A stretch of DNA of 63,274 nucleotides, filler included, from Choristocarpus tenellus KU-1152 (Eukaryota; Protista; Phaeophyceae), in assembly GCA_964200185.2 (NCBI GenBank). It is 8 parts of 8 records of this genome, joined end to end, with 100 filler letters (N's around TTAATTAATTAA, not from the genome) between each part and the next. Parts side by side here need not be neighbours in the genome. Positions count along the whole stretch, not along the records: positions 9,353 to 15,157 come from CAXNAD020009711.1; positions 15,258 to 21,264 come from CAXNAD020009184.1; positions 21,365 to 45,094 come from CAXNAD020000237.1; 5 more parts are not named here. One strand, written 5' to 3'. This document shows positions 14,461 to 26,057 of this stretch, piece after piece. Position numbers and translations under genes: made by a program. Position 1 is the first letter of the stretch. Each line of letters opens with the position of its first letter. The notes beneath the pieces were generated by a model that searched no databases, was not told the DNA's origin, and saw only the letters and a list, made by a program, of their open reading frames with translations.

Positions 14461-15157
14461 CCAGCGAAATTTACTGATAGGTGTCATTTTAAATCTAAAA
14501 CAACCGTTGCCCAATCAGTCAAGGGTTTACTCAATCAATCGCATCAGCATGCTTAACCTTATTTGATGGATCTCGGTTTGCCAACATGCATTAATCGTGA
14601 GAAATAGAGGACCATACTTGAACCAAGTAGGACGCGCGCACAGTTCCTGGGGGGATGTCATGTGGCACACGCGAACCGCACATTTAAGGATGATTTTGAC
14701 GCCAGAAGAGGTTACCTTCACCTGGAGAACATGCCCATTGTTGTCTCTCCATTATCTTCACATTATTTCCCGTTTGTACGATGTTGGCATCGGCTGGCTA
14801 AGGCTCACTAACGGGGGCGCAGGCCTCTGAACCAGAGAATCCATGCCAAGTCAAATAAGGTATGAAGGTGCAGGCCTCTTGTGAGACTTAAATGTCGTGT
14901 ACACCCTGTCCAATTTGGTGCATCCCATGCCTTTCTCGTTGGAATATATCAGGTGGTAAGCAATACTCGTCCTGAAGAATCTCTCCACAATTACTCTGGA
15001 CAGCCCCCCTTCCTCCATAAGACTGACAGAAAATGTTGGCTTTCATTCCAGGCACTGGGTAGTCAAAATGGCCTCATGCATAGTGCTTCGCCCGCTGCAA
15101 GACCATCTCTATCGGTTCAAGTCACAGTAGTACTTTGGAAGCATCAAGCAGTGTCCT

Positions 15158-15257
15158 NNNNNNNNNNNNNNNNNNNNNNNNNNNNNNNNNNNNNNNNNNN
15201 NTTAATTAATTAANNNNNNNNNNNNNNNNNNNNNNNNNNNNNNNNNNNNNNNNNNNN
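15158..15257. other. Artificial contig-joining linker
   Basis: 44N-TTAATTAATTAA-44N. Confidence 0.97.
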
Positions 15258-15766
15258 GGGGAGATGACGACCAAGGTGTAAGATGCCCAAGGTGTACAGG
15301 GTTGGTATGAATATGACGAGTGTCCCCTTACTGTACGAGCCAGGGAGAAGACCAGAAAACCTGTCCAGTCTCGAACCGATTTCTTCCACCCCTATACACC
15401 TTGGGCATCTTTCATCTTGGTTGTCATCTTTCCCCAATCTTGTAGAGGCACCAGCTTGTCGTCCCCTGAGTAGGTAGGGGCATCAAGCTGGTGCCTCTGC
15501 AAGCCTGGGGGAAGATGACGACCAAGGTGGAAGATGCCCAATGCCCAAGGTGTACAGGGTTGGGGTATGATTATGACGAGTGTCCCTTTACTGTACGAGC
15601 CAGGGAGAACACCAGAAAAACTTCAAGAAGAGGTGACGAGAACGCTCATATGGTATCTACAACGACTCCTCTGTCCTCGAACCAAGAGGACCTTACTGAA
15701 AGGATGGAAAGGTTGGAAGGATTCATTGGCTCTTATTTTGGCGAAACAGAACGTTTTTCTCTGTGA
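15258..15766 (+). mobile_element. Retrotransposon gag zinc-knuckle remnant, present as two direct copies and one inverted copy
   Basis: CPRCTGLGYDYDECP fits CX2CX4(H>Y)X4C. 15258-15360 duplicates ~15508-15620, and 15388-15467 is an inverted copy of 15476-15561. Confidence 0.6.
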
Positions 15767-16128
15767 CTCTCTTCCCTTGTGTTTATTTCCACTCCGAATT
15801 ATTTTTGTTTGAGTTTGTCCCCCATTTGTTGTGTATTTTAATGCATGCCCACAGTAGTCAAGTAAGAGCTGAGATGTTGTATGCAGGCTGACTTTAGATA
15901 GAAGAGCTATTAAAGCCAGGGAGAGGTTCTCCTCGTTTGTATGGTATATCAGTAATAAGTCAATTGTTTAGGTGTGACACTAGGAATATTTCGTGGATCG
16001 TGGGAGAGGAAATTTGTTATGGCTAAGGACCCACGGTAGAAAACACCCCAGGATGTGTTCGTAGAGATTGTGATAGGATACGTAGGAAGTGAGAGCTCCA
16101 TCATATTACTTTATTCCGGAGATTTGTA

Positions 16129-16392
16129 TTAGTGATGTACTAGGGAGATTTTGTTGATTGTAGGAGACGCAACATGGGGTTGCTAGGGAGCTGCAGGAGA
16201 AGTATCCGATAATGTTTCCTCTCGAGACTACAATATAAAGGTATATGATATGGGATCTGTGTTCCAGTGACCTGCAGTAGTGATGTACTGGGGAGGTTTT
16301 GTTGATTGTAGGAGATGCTATATGTATTGCTAAGGGCCTTGCCATTTCATAGATTGTGGGAGACGCAACATGGCATTGCTAAGGACCTGCAC
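16129..16392. repeat. Diverged direct repeats (TAGTGATGTACT...GATTGTAGGAGACGCAACATGG...TTGCTA), about 3 partial copies
   Basis: Units begin near 16129, 16278 and 16351. Confidence 0.6.
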
Positions 16393-17449
16393 TACTACAC
16401 TGACTGTCCGTATCACAGTGACCCTACATGGGGCTATAGTAGGAGCACCACTGTGCATTGTAGCCCTACCTGCTGCTGTTCTATACATGGGAGGTAGATC
16501 TACGAGAGGATTAGGGAGGGATACTCGACAGGAGGGGTGTATAAGAGTAATTAACTACTGGACGGCCACAGGAGGAGAGCTAGGGGACAGGTCAGCAAAA
16601 ATGTGTAAAGTGTGGGTGGACGCTATGGATGTCCCATATCCCTCTTCCTATCAGTTCTGTACGTCCCTATAGTAGTTCTGTCTGCGTACCTATGTATAAG
16701 GATAAACTATAGTGATAACAACAATAGATTTGATAGTGATAGTAGTAATAATGATAATTGCAGTAACAAAATACACTTCATTACAATAGCAACATAGTTT
16801 TAGAAATAATGATCGGATTGCTGGTATACACTTGTACACATATTACATAAATTATGTTATTGTCCTTTTTTTCTTATCCTCTGTTATTGGACTATCATGG
16901 TATATTGGTATTATTTGGTATAATTTTTATTTATTATTTTTCGTTTTTGAGGAAGATTTTGTCTTGTTTTATGCTCTTTTGCATATGGATGATGCAATAT
17001 GTGGACAGGCTTTTCACGTGTCCATGCACAGATTTACGCTTATTGTAGTCAATTTTAATGTATTTGATTATACCCTTAGATAAGGGATATAAGGGATTTC
17101 AGAAGTCAAAAGGTCATCTGAATACGGTCAACATTCTCAGAACACGTAATGATCACCAGCCCATCGTCACGAACTGGATCACAAAAACCATTCGTTTAAC
17201 TAGGTACTTTCTGAGATCGTCTCTTGACATTTGCATTGAGGTCGTTATCACATCACATCACCAAGGTGTATTTTACGCAAGGACTCGGGCTGGAAACACA
17301 TCAACAAATCTTTCTTTAGTCTGGACTAGCCCACCCTGTGGTTGGAGATGTGGTAGACACTAAGCTCCAAAGTAATTGTATTGTGACATAACTTGTGCTA
17401 TCTTTGTGCATATTTTTGCAATACTGTGAATGATAGAAGATATTAACGT

Positions 17450-18050
17450 GTTTTTAGTGTTTTCGATCGACTCTTACGAAAAAATGCTAGAAGGATGGAA
17501 ACACCATGTAGTACATAATCCCTCCACCACTTTTTGGAGCCCCGATTGACTCTGTTGACCTGGTACAGAGGATCACACAACGACAATACAATCCTAGGAT
17601 CTTGAAAATGTGTTGCTTTTCTGATATTTGATTACTAATGTGCAGATGATCAGGCCCTCAGTTTTCAACTAACAATATTGAAAAAGCCCAACCTCGTACT
17701 ATCTTGTTTACCAAGGGTAACTTGAATATTGTGAGGGACGTAAAATAATATAGAACAAGGGAACAGGTTTGTATAGATCTAGACTCTGGTGATATTTTTT
17801 ACAGTGGGGGTTGTTATCTTCTGTCGATCACAGTACACAACACCACAGGGGGTGTTCAATACAACTGACCACTTATTTTGCAGCCTGTATAGGACGCCAT
17901 GCAAGATACAATGTGGGTGTAAAGGTCAGGCATATGCATGTAGCGTACTACTGTTTACATATTGGATCCCATGTGGACAGCAGGGTTGGGTAGGTGCTGA
18001 CCAAGGTGTTGATTGCTTTCGGAATATCCCAGCAAGCTGCATTGTGTAAA
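17450..18050 (-). pseudogene. Possible decayed piggyBac-like transposase fragment
   Basis: YQVNRVNRGSKKWWRDYVLHGVSILLAFF resembles the piggyBac Y..xRRxKKWW..F motif. Upstream ICTLVIKYQK and LAGIFRK are in compatible order. Heavily degraded. Confidence 0.35.
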
Positions 18051-18189
18051 TATTATTACTACGTAGTACATTATCCTCTTTATCTTATCAGCATTCACCC
18101 TATTCATTATGTAACGTGTATCCTGGTAACAAGAGCACTTATCACTCGTCTATAAATAGAATTGACATAATGTGTAAAATATTGAGAAT

Positions 18190-18407
18190 TTAGTAGGGTT
18201 GCATTTAAGGATCCTGAGAAAGGGAAAAAATAAGTAATTTTGTACAATTGCAGAAAGAACCTATGCTTACTTGTGGTGTCACTATGTGCATGGAAAGGGG
18301 GGATATCACTTTTGCACAAACTGTTATGCACATAAAGCAAGGGGTAACAAAGATGGTTTAGAATGTAAAAGGGTCCAAACTTGCCTACGTCTCAATTGGT
18401 TTGGCTC
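18190..18407. mobile_element. MITE family C, diverged copy
   Basis: Collinear with 5245-5487 (TAGGGTTGCATTT...AAGGATCC; AAAGATGG...TGCCTAC...ATTGGTTTG.CTC). Confidence 0.75.
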
Positions 18408-18661
18408 GAAGTAGAGCTAGTTCTAAATGTTTTCTATGTGGTATTATGACAGGCAAAGTTCATGAACTGCACCTGACTATATTAAGGTTTCAATTCAACG
18501 ATGAAAAGTAGGATGAGAACTCCAGCGGCCAGCATATTTGCTGACACACACAAATGAACGATACAGTGGAGTCTAACCCTACTGCAATAGCATTTCAAGG
18601 CCTTACGGTACAAATATCCGTCTGCAAAGAACCAGGTCAGCAGGAGACGTAGGCTCACTTT

Positions 18662-19095
18662 TGTTACAGGTACGCTCCAGAAACTTACCTCCACAGGATA
18701 GGTAGCTCCAATTCACAGATTAAGGAACGTCAGCTCAGCAGAACAGGGGTACTCTCAATGGATCAATTAGCATAAGACAATGTATGTTCTTCGATATCAG
18801 TAAGAGTGTTTAAGTAGGGTCTCTAGGTCAGAAGAGCTGAGCTGTTTGGAGCTGTTTTTAGGATCTCTTATCATCATTTATCATTGGGGCTTCTTTGGTC
18901 TACAGACATTGCAATATATCTGAGAACCTTTGCGACCTTTCTATCTGGGAACCCTTGCGACTTTCCCGAGTTACAGATTTTATTCTGCAACTTTATGGCA
19001 AATCGGAGTTCCCCCTTTTGGGGTTCCCCGCGCACGTACACTGCTTGCGCTGGTTAAAGTGCGGGAAGAAATACTGGCGCTATTCGCCTGTAACA
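18662..19095 (-). mobile_element. Solo LTR with 4-bp TSD (CTTT)
   Basis: TGTTACAG...CTGTAACA termini; CTTT at 18658-18661 and 19096-19099; homologous to the LTRs at 20071 and 48704, which set the orientation. Confidence 0.85.
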
Positions 19096-20053
19096 CTTTC
19101 TCTCAGATCCAACACCACGAAGCCTCACCTTATCTTGCGCGATCAAAAATAGAGGGATTCCCTCTTTCCCTTTCTCATATGGAGCAGTAGCAACATCTCA
19201 CTAACGTTTTTGATCGAACTGCCATTTTTTTTCTCTCAGGCGGGCATCTCACATGTTTTGCTGTGCTAGAAACACGATACTCTCTATTCATGGACCCTTC
19301 AGAGCATAGAGTTATGATCCTCTGGCCAAGTCATCTGCTTCATTCAAGGGTCGAGCAAAATAGAAATTTCCACAGGGGAGAAAGCTTGTTATTCTCTTTT
19401 TACGCATGCAACAAAAATTACCTTGCTCAGAATCCCTATTTCTTTTCAAAACTGGGCTTGGACTACTACAACTACTTACATACCCCCGAAGTAGATGCCA
19501 TCAAATAGATACACAGCACCCCAGGATCACTCCCTTAGCCCTCCCACAGTTCTTCCTGACAGCTAGCCATCCATACACCAGGAGTCCTCCCTTTATCCCG
19601 TCCGTAGCTATGGAAGGTCTAGGGTCATAGGTTTTATGGCATAGAACTATAGTAATGGTAGTGATAGTTCCCACAAGTAGGCCTATCTTAGGCCTTCTTC
19701 CGTATACAACCAAAATAAAGGTCCATCAGATACACTGACAAGAGTTGTTTGTGGTGCATGAAATCGAGAAAACAAAAAAAATACTAAAACAACCACACAT
19801 GGTTGAAACTGCGCTCCTTAGACTAACAATTTGAAGGCGATGGAGAAGCAAGAGAAAAATCCCGCGATAGTCAAGTCAAACCCCTCCTACGCCACTGACC
19901 TGATGTCCCCAGTTTAAAACGGATGGCATGTCTGGAGTTGCTTTTATTTAAGAAAATACTACTGACACAATCTGTCGCAGGGTGTGCCTCACGCCTCCCT
20001 TCCGACTGAAACCCTCCCTCCCCTCACCACCCACAACTGTTACAGGGTGGAAG

Positions 20054-20669
20054 TCTCGGTTGGACCTCCATGTTACAGTGTGCTCCCCAGAACTCACCTC
20101 CACAGGATATGCAACTCAAATCCTACGACCTTAGAATGACGCTATGGGAACGTTGCCCTTGATAGCAGTTTGTAGGGTGTCAGGTATCCTTCTCTGCTGA
20201 TATTCCGCTCAGTGATTAGCTCAAAGCTCGACTCAAAGTTTCGTTCAAGATAAAGAAAGGACTGGCCAAGAGGTGTCAAAGTGTTTTCACTAAGAGCCAT
20301 TTTCATCATCCACTCAATTTCTTTGATCTTCTATGCAACTGCTCTATTATACATACTCCAATAATAAACCTTTATTCTGCAACTTCTTAGGGACTTCGAC
20401 GTTTTCTTCTGTAATGCATTACGAATCTTACTCTGTATCTTCTACGAAATCCGCATCTATTCTGTAAGGTTACCTATTATGTCTTACTCATATCGTATAT
20501 ATTGTTCGCACTTATTAGAACGTGAGAAACAATCCTCGCACTATTCGTCTGTCACAAACGTTCGTGTTTGCTAAAACATAAGAAGAAATGCTCGTGCTAT
20601 TCGCGTGTAACAAATGCTCGCACTTTGTTAGAACACAAGAAGAAATGCTCGCGCTATTCGCCTGTAACA
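20054..20669 (-). mobile_element. 5' LTR (20071-20669) plus primer-binding site complementary to tRNA-Gln (20054-20070)
   Basis: TGTTACAG...CTGTAACA. The adjacent plus strand TCTCGGTTGGACCTCCA closely resembles the 3' end of eukaryotic tRNA-Gln (TCTCGGTGGGACCT-CCA). Confidence 0.8.
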
Positions 20670-21200
20670 CAATATGAATAATTAATTAGGTCATCCAAAA
20701 ATTTATCTTGACGTTATTGATCACTACTCCTCATACTATTAATATTTATATTATTATCATTATTATTGTTACGTATACACATTATACAGTTTCTTCTACG
20801 ATTACACTACTATTAGAAAAACTGCACTACTACTAATACACTCCACCATTCAGAACACAAAATTAATCACGTATTGGGTACCTGTTAGGTGTAACTACAA
20901 GAAGTACTCTATACGACACTACTATATGAAGCAAAATTTTGGGAAGTGTGAGAGGAACGATTGACAACAATTCTTCAAAACGTGTGTTTTAAGGGTTATT
21001 AATATCAATGATGGGTGGGTACACTCCGTGTCAATAAAAAAAACTTAATTATATTACCAAGGAATGAAGGCGTATTGGTGACATAGATAGGTGTCGATAC
21101 GTTGTAGGAAGTCGTGTTCGTTGATCAGACCATATCAACTAACTATATTATTGGATGGAAGGGCTCTAATCCGTTTTGGACTTGGTAGGGATTTTGCTGA

Positions 21201-21264
21201 GACCCAAATTATCTGGGGGGGGGGGAGGGTCTACACCAGGGTGTCCATTCGGGTCATAACCAGG
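21201..21264. mobile_element. MITE family B terminus truncated by contig end
   Basis: GACCCAAATTATCTG(n)AGGGTCTACACCAGGGTGTCCAT matches the reverse complement of 9756-9802. Confidence 0.75.
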
Positions 21265-21364
21265 NNNNNNNNNNNNNNNNNNNNNNNNNNNNNNNNNNNN
21301 NNNNNNNNTTAATTAATTAANNNNNNNNNNNNNNNNNNNNNNNNNNNNNNNNNNNNNNNNNNNN
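21265..21364. other. Artificial contig-joining linker
   Basis: 44N-TTAATTAATTAA-44N. Confidence 0.97.
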
Positions 21365-21431
21365 CCGAGGGAAGTCAAGTCCCAAATGGACAAACAGGGC
21401 AAAACTTGTACCCTCTAAGATACTTTCACTC
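21365..21431. mobile_element. MITE family A right end at contig start
   Basis: GGAAGTCAAG...TACCCTCTAAGATACTTTCACTC, the same end as at 48101. Confidence 0.85.
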
Positions 21432-23806
21432 AATACGTAACCGGAAAAGTTCCACAGGTAGTGAGAAGTGTGGTAATGGCAGTGATAGTAACACTAGCAG
21501 TGGTAGCGATGACAAGAGTGGTAGAAACACAGGCAGCTATGCATTGAGAGGGCGCCCAGGCCAGGATAGGTGGACAACTCCATCCCTTGAGCTACTTAAA
21601 TAGGGCAATCAGAGTCTCATACACTCCTCACCAGACACACATATGTAAGTTCTACATCTCTGAGCAGGAAAGCAAGTGCTCGATGGGGGGTAAGGATGCA
21701 AGGCTCAAGCAGTTCCGAGTTATTTTGTTTTTAATTCAATGGCTGGGTGTCTAAATACATACTAACCTGACAATTACGTCGTCCTTGACTTGGGATAGAT
21801 CCGAGCTAAGACGTAAGTCCTGATTTTGTACAGATTTCAAGGTGTAATTACATAATATCACGATAAATCCTTGAATATGCCGCAACTTTGGGGAGGAGGC
21901 AATGCAACAAGCCCAATGCAATAAGTTCCAGCCTCCAATGGCTTCTGGAGGGTCGATTTAAGGTTAGACTTTGAACCAGGTCTGATAGGTTAAGGCAAAT
22001 AATGCATATGCCACCACCCATTGAAGATCAGATTGTAGAAGGTGCTGAGTGGGAAGGGTGCATGAAACAGAGAATGGACAGAAACGATCACAGTTGATGG
22101 GGATAACCACACCATCAAGCACACATGGGTTCCAACCAAGAATGGTCTAAAGGTCATGACATCGCTTGTTGGGAGTAAGAAGAGACTAGTATTTGTGCCA
22201 ACACCAACAGGTTTGAGAGTGAAGATTGAATCAAACAGCTGAAGAGTTAAAGCACCACTAGCACGGTATAGACAGACTGGTAGTGGTCAAGGCAAGGAGG
22301 GGGAGATAGTAGCTCTTTGCAAGATATATTGGAGGGCTGATCTTGGCGTGGCAGACCCTCTCAGGCTCACAATGGCTAAGGAGACTCCTGGTGGGCAGGA
22401 AGATTGGTGTAGGAACCATGGTGTGGAGACTTGTGTCAGCTCTGCAGAGAAAGTGAGCGGAATGTAGTGCCCAACAGACATGAAATCAAGTGGGCATTTG
22501 CAAGGGGTCTTGATGGTTTGTAGCTCACTCCATTGACACTTGATCTTTGTGTCAGATTCACAACTCTATTGTCATCCACAACTCAATTGACATACGCTTG
22601 AATGGATCTCCTTACGCAGGATGACTAGTGAACAGGGGTGGAAATCAAGGGTCAAGTTTAAATTTTAGAAATGTACACTATATGGGTACCGATGATAGGG
22701 GTTAGACTCATCTTTACAACTATTATCCAACAGACTCTTGAAAATAGTACATGCCTAAAAAGTACATACCAATTTCCCAACCCTAACCCTAAAAAAAAAT
22801 CCGGTATTGAGGGTGAAGATGAACTTTCTTTACCTGCACACTTGAGAGTTTAGACCTGATCTCTCCAAAAGGTATGATGAAGTTGTGTAAGAGAAGGATG
22901 ACACTCTATCACTGCAATGGTTGGCAAGGGTCAAATCATGATGGCAGTGATCGATGGTTTCCACTTCAATGTTTGGTCCACTATTTGTAAGTACAGATAG
23001 CGCACAAGTGTCAAATACATGCAGGATTTGGGGATGACCCCCCTAACCTATCCTTTACTTGGCAGGAATGGTTATCAAAGCAGCAGTGAATATGCCCAAA
23101 TGCATACCAAAAAGAATGTAGGGCAAAACATGATCAAGACAAATCCTGACAGCAATAGTGGGTCCAGGTGGAGAGGGATCATCCACCACCCCTAATGGGT
23201 ATTACCTTCTCCACTGCGGCGAGAGGGATCTCAGGAAGGTTCTAGGAAATTACACGTGAGACCTTCACCGATACAAGGGACAAGGGTAAGGAAGATGGAA
23301 CAAAACCTGCCATCGACTAACATCGACTAATGCAGTAAAGGAGAAATGGGGTAGTGTGCAGCACGGAAGGGATGTTGTGGTGTATGACCTATTGACCTGA
23401 CACAGCCAATGGTTAATGGTTAGATATTGGCTTGATGATTAAGTAGAACGTGTGAGTGGTAGCTCTGATGATAAGGACATGTGTTGTGTGATAAAATCAT
23501 CAATGGCTGACAACCCAAATGGACACTACTAGTAGATTGTGGGGGAGAAGAGGTCTACATGAAGTTAGTATTTTGGAGAGGAAGCAAACACAAAAGCAGG
23601 ATGACACACCATCAATATCACACAAAATGCCTTCCTCGATGATGGATGCCAGTGTGTTGGTAAGTGTGCACTATTTTGACGTGCTGTTCATTGATGTTCA
23701 TGTAGTCCACCCTAAACCCAAAAAATGACTACTTAAAAATATTTGAAAAAAAAAATGACGTGCTCATACTTTCAAATTACGTTCTGCACCGTATGATCAT
23801 GGCACA

Positions 23807-23896
23807 CATATATGTAGGTCATATATGTAGGTCATATATGTAGGTCATATATGTAGGTCATATATGTAGGTCATATATGTAGGTCATATATGTAGG
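23807..23896. repeat. 13-bp tandem repeat (CATATATGTAGGT) x ~7
   Basis: Direct inspection; near-perfect. Confidence 0.95.
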
Positions 23897-24104
23897 CCAT
23901 GCCTATTGGAATTTGCAGTGCACTACTGATATTCAAAAGACATCATATACTGCTGGTCAGCATCAACTCACATCAAGTCAATAAAGTTCTAGTGAACCCC
24001 AGACTGACGCATTGCCGCATTCTACTACACCATTGTTCCACTTCTCCTGTTTGATTATAGGGTGGAAAATTGAATCTGTGAACATGCATAATTTGATTCC
24101 ATAC

Positions 24105-24280
24105 CGTGATTACACTATATTGGTTGTACTTCGAGAAAACGTGATTACACTATATTGGTTGTACTTCGAGAAAACGTGATTACACTATATTGGTTGTACT
24201 TCGAGAAAACGTGATTACACTGTATTGGTTGTACTTCGAGAAAACGTGATTACACTATATTGGTTGTACTTCGAGAAAAC
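24105..24280. repeat. 35-bp tandem repeat x5 (CGTGATTACACTATATTGGTTGTACTTCGAGAAAA)
   Basis: Head-to-tail copies at 24105, 24140, 24175, 24210 and 24245; one substitution; no spacers. Confidence 0.95.
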
Positions 24281-24972
24281 CATGTCATATATGCACCTGA
24301 CCCAGCAAGTGAACACATTTTGCTTATGGTGCCATTTGGTATTGAGCTAGGGTTAGGGCCATCTAAATTAATTCATGTACTTTAAGATGTGTTGCAGTAA
24401 GTCAGAAAAAAAGATGAAATGACCCTGTTCAAACAAGCAAGTCGATTGAAGAAATATTACACCTCAGGCCTTAATCTTTCAACTAAAAAAAAAGGAGATT
24501 GTCCCTTTATCTTGATTTTAGTATCGAATATTGCGTTTCCATTCTCAGCAATGAGTGCCACATTGACATATTCTGACATGCCCATTCAATTCCTTGTAAC
24601 AAATTACCCATGAGACAGTTTCCGCTTCTTAGCAGAACACAGTTCACTTGTACCGCTACCTGCACAATCTTAGCACAGATCTACCCCCTTGTATGATTAA
24701 CTGTGCTCAGTATCATAGGCAGCTCTCTGTTCCAGCTCTAATTAGGTTGACATTTGAGAAAATTCATTTGTAAGAGACCAAGTTTGAGTTCAAGTTCAAG
24801 GAGACACCACTGAACATCTTCTTATCCGAAAGGAGTACCCAAATACTTGACTTTCACATTACCATACAGAAAAGAAGCCACAAACATAATTAGAGGATAG
24901 TCATTAACCACATGACCCCTCGACATAGACTAAACTGCCAACAGCAGCACCAACCCACATAATAAGCAGTAG

Positions 24973-25965
24973 TTACTTGATCTTGGCCTCTGTAAACACT
25001 ACATGTTGTCGTACCACAGGATCGTACTGACAGCAAGGGTCGAGAACACAGGAGAATGGTGGTCGAAAGAATGGTGGTGTGAAGACGACAAAAGAAAAAG
25101 AAAACTGGAAATAGTGGATATCAAAGTGATCAGTCAATGGTGGTATCAAAGTTGAGCAATCAAGTCGATAGATGGACCAAGAGAATAAAGATTAACACAG
25201 GTGCACACGACACGCACAAGCATTCCACAAGTTCATCATTTATAAATGATACGCCCCTCAGCAGTGAGAAGTGATCGTATTCGCCTCCCAGTATGGTCAT
25301 CCCACACTATACTTCACCCATCACGCTTTATGGAGACAAGGGTAGGGGTGAGTTCAATATTTCACAGACCAAAGCACCCTCCAATACGGTCATACAATTC
25401 AGTGTTGGTGGTCCTGGACATCTTATGTTATCGTAAGAAGCTGCAAAGTAGAGCTAACATCTCGCCAAACTATATCGCCTTGCATAAAAAGGCGACTTGC
25501 ACAAGTTGAACTATCTACAGGAAAGTGTGCTTCACATAGTCGGGTTTATAAAGCTATTGTCGTGGCTAAAAGAACAAGTTACTGATAAGAGCTTGAAAGC
25601 CTTAAGTAAAGCAAACAGAGAGTTCTATGTTGTGGGAGTACGGAGTACCCACGAACTGCACCAGGAACCCACTCTACAAGTTTCATGATCGTGACATAAT
25701 TCTTCATGATCTACCTTTCGAAGGGCGAGTTTGTTGACCGTTCTCCGAACATTTTTGGAGGTTGTGTAGAAAAATCCTGTCCCAGCAGTGCTGAGAAGCT
25801 TGATAACAATGCGACCAGTCTTCTTCTGAGAGTGCAGACATAGCGGCAAAAGAGAAGGCATACAACAACAAAAACGTGGAACATGCGTGAGCAACGCTAA
25901 CTAATCATACGTCAACAACAAAGGGAGTTGATCTCCTACTACATACCTCCACTCACCTTCACCAT
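24973..25965 (-). CDS. rpl33: Ribosomal protein bL33, zinc-free, probably mitochondrial (57 aa)
   Basis: Exons 25965-25957, 25825-25715, 25026-24973 give [57 protein letters not shown], with L33 signatures STAGTGFFY and KYDPVVR.HV.F.E.K. Confidence 0.95.
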
Positions 25966-26057
25966 TGTAACTATCTCCAACTATTTCTCACACTACATAA
26001 TCTTTCAGACCCCACAAAAAGTTCGGAGTTCCAATGTTTAGGGAAGCGTCGCCGAAG

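Noticed and set aside
20054-20070. tRNA-Gln gene
   Set aside because: Only the 3' 17 nt including CCA are present, directly against an LTR; this is a primer-binding site.
18662-20669. Two LTRs as the ends of one 2-kb element (TRIM)
   Set aside because: The 18662 LTR has its own CTTT TSD on both sides and is clearly diverged from the 20071 LTR, so it is an independent solo LTR.
24105-24280. 35-bp repeats as a CRISPR array
   Set aside because: Copies are contiguous with no unique spacers, there are no cas genes, and the context is eukaryotic.
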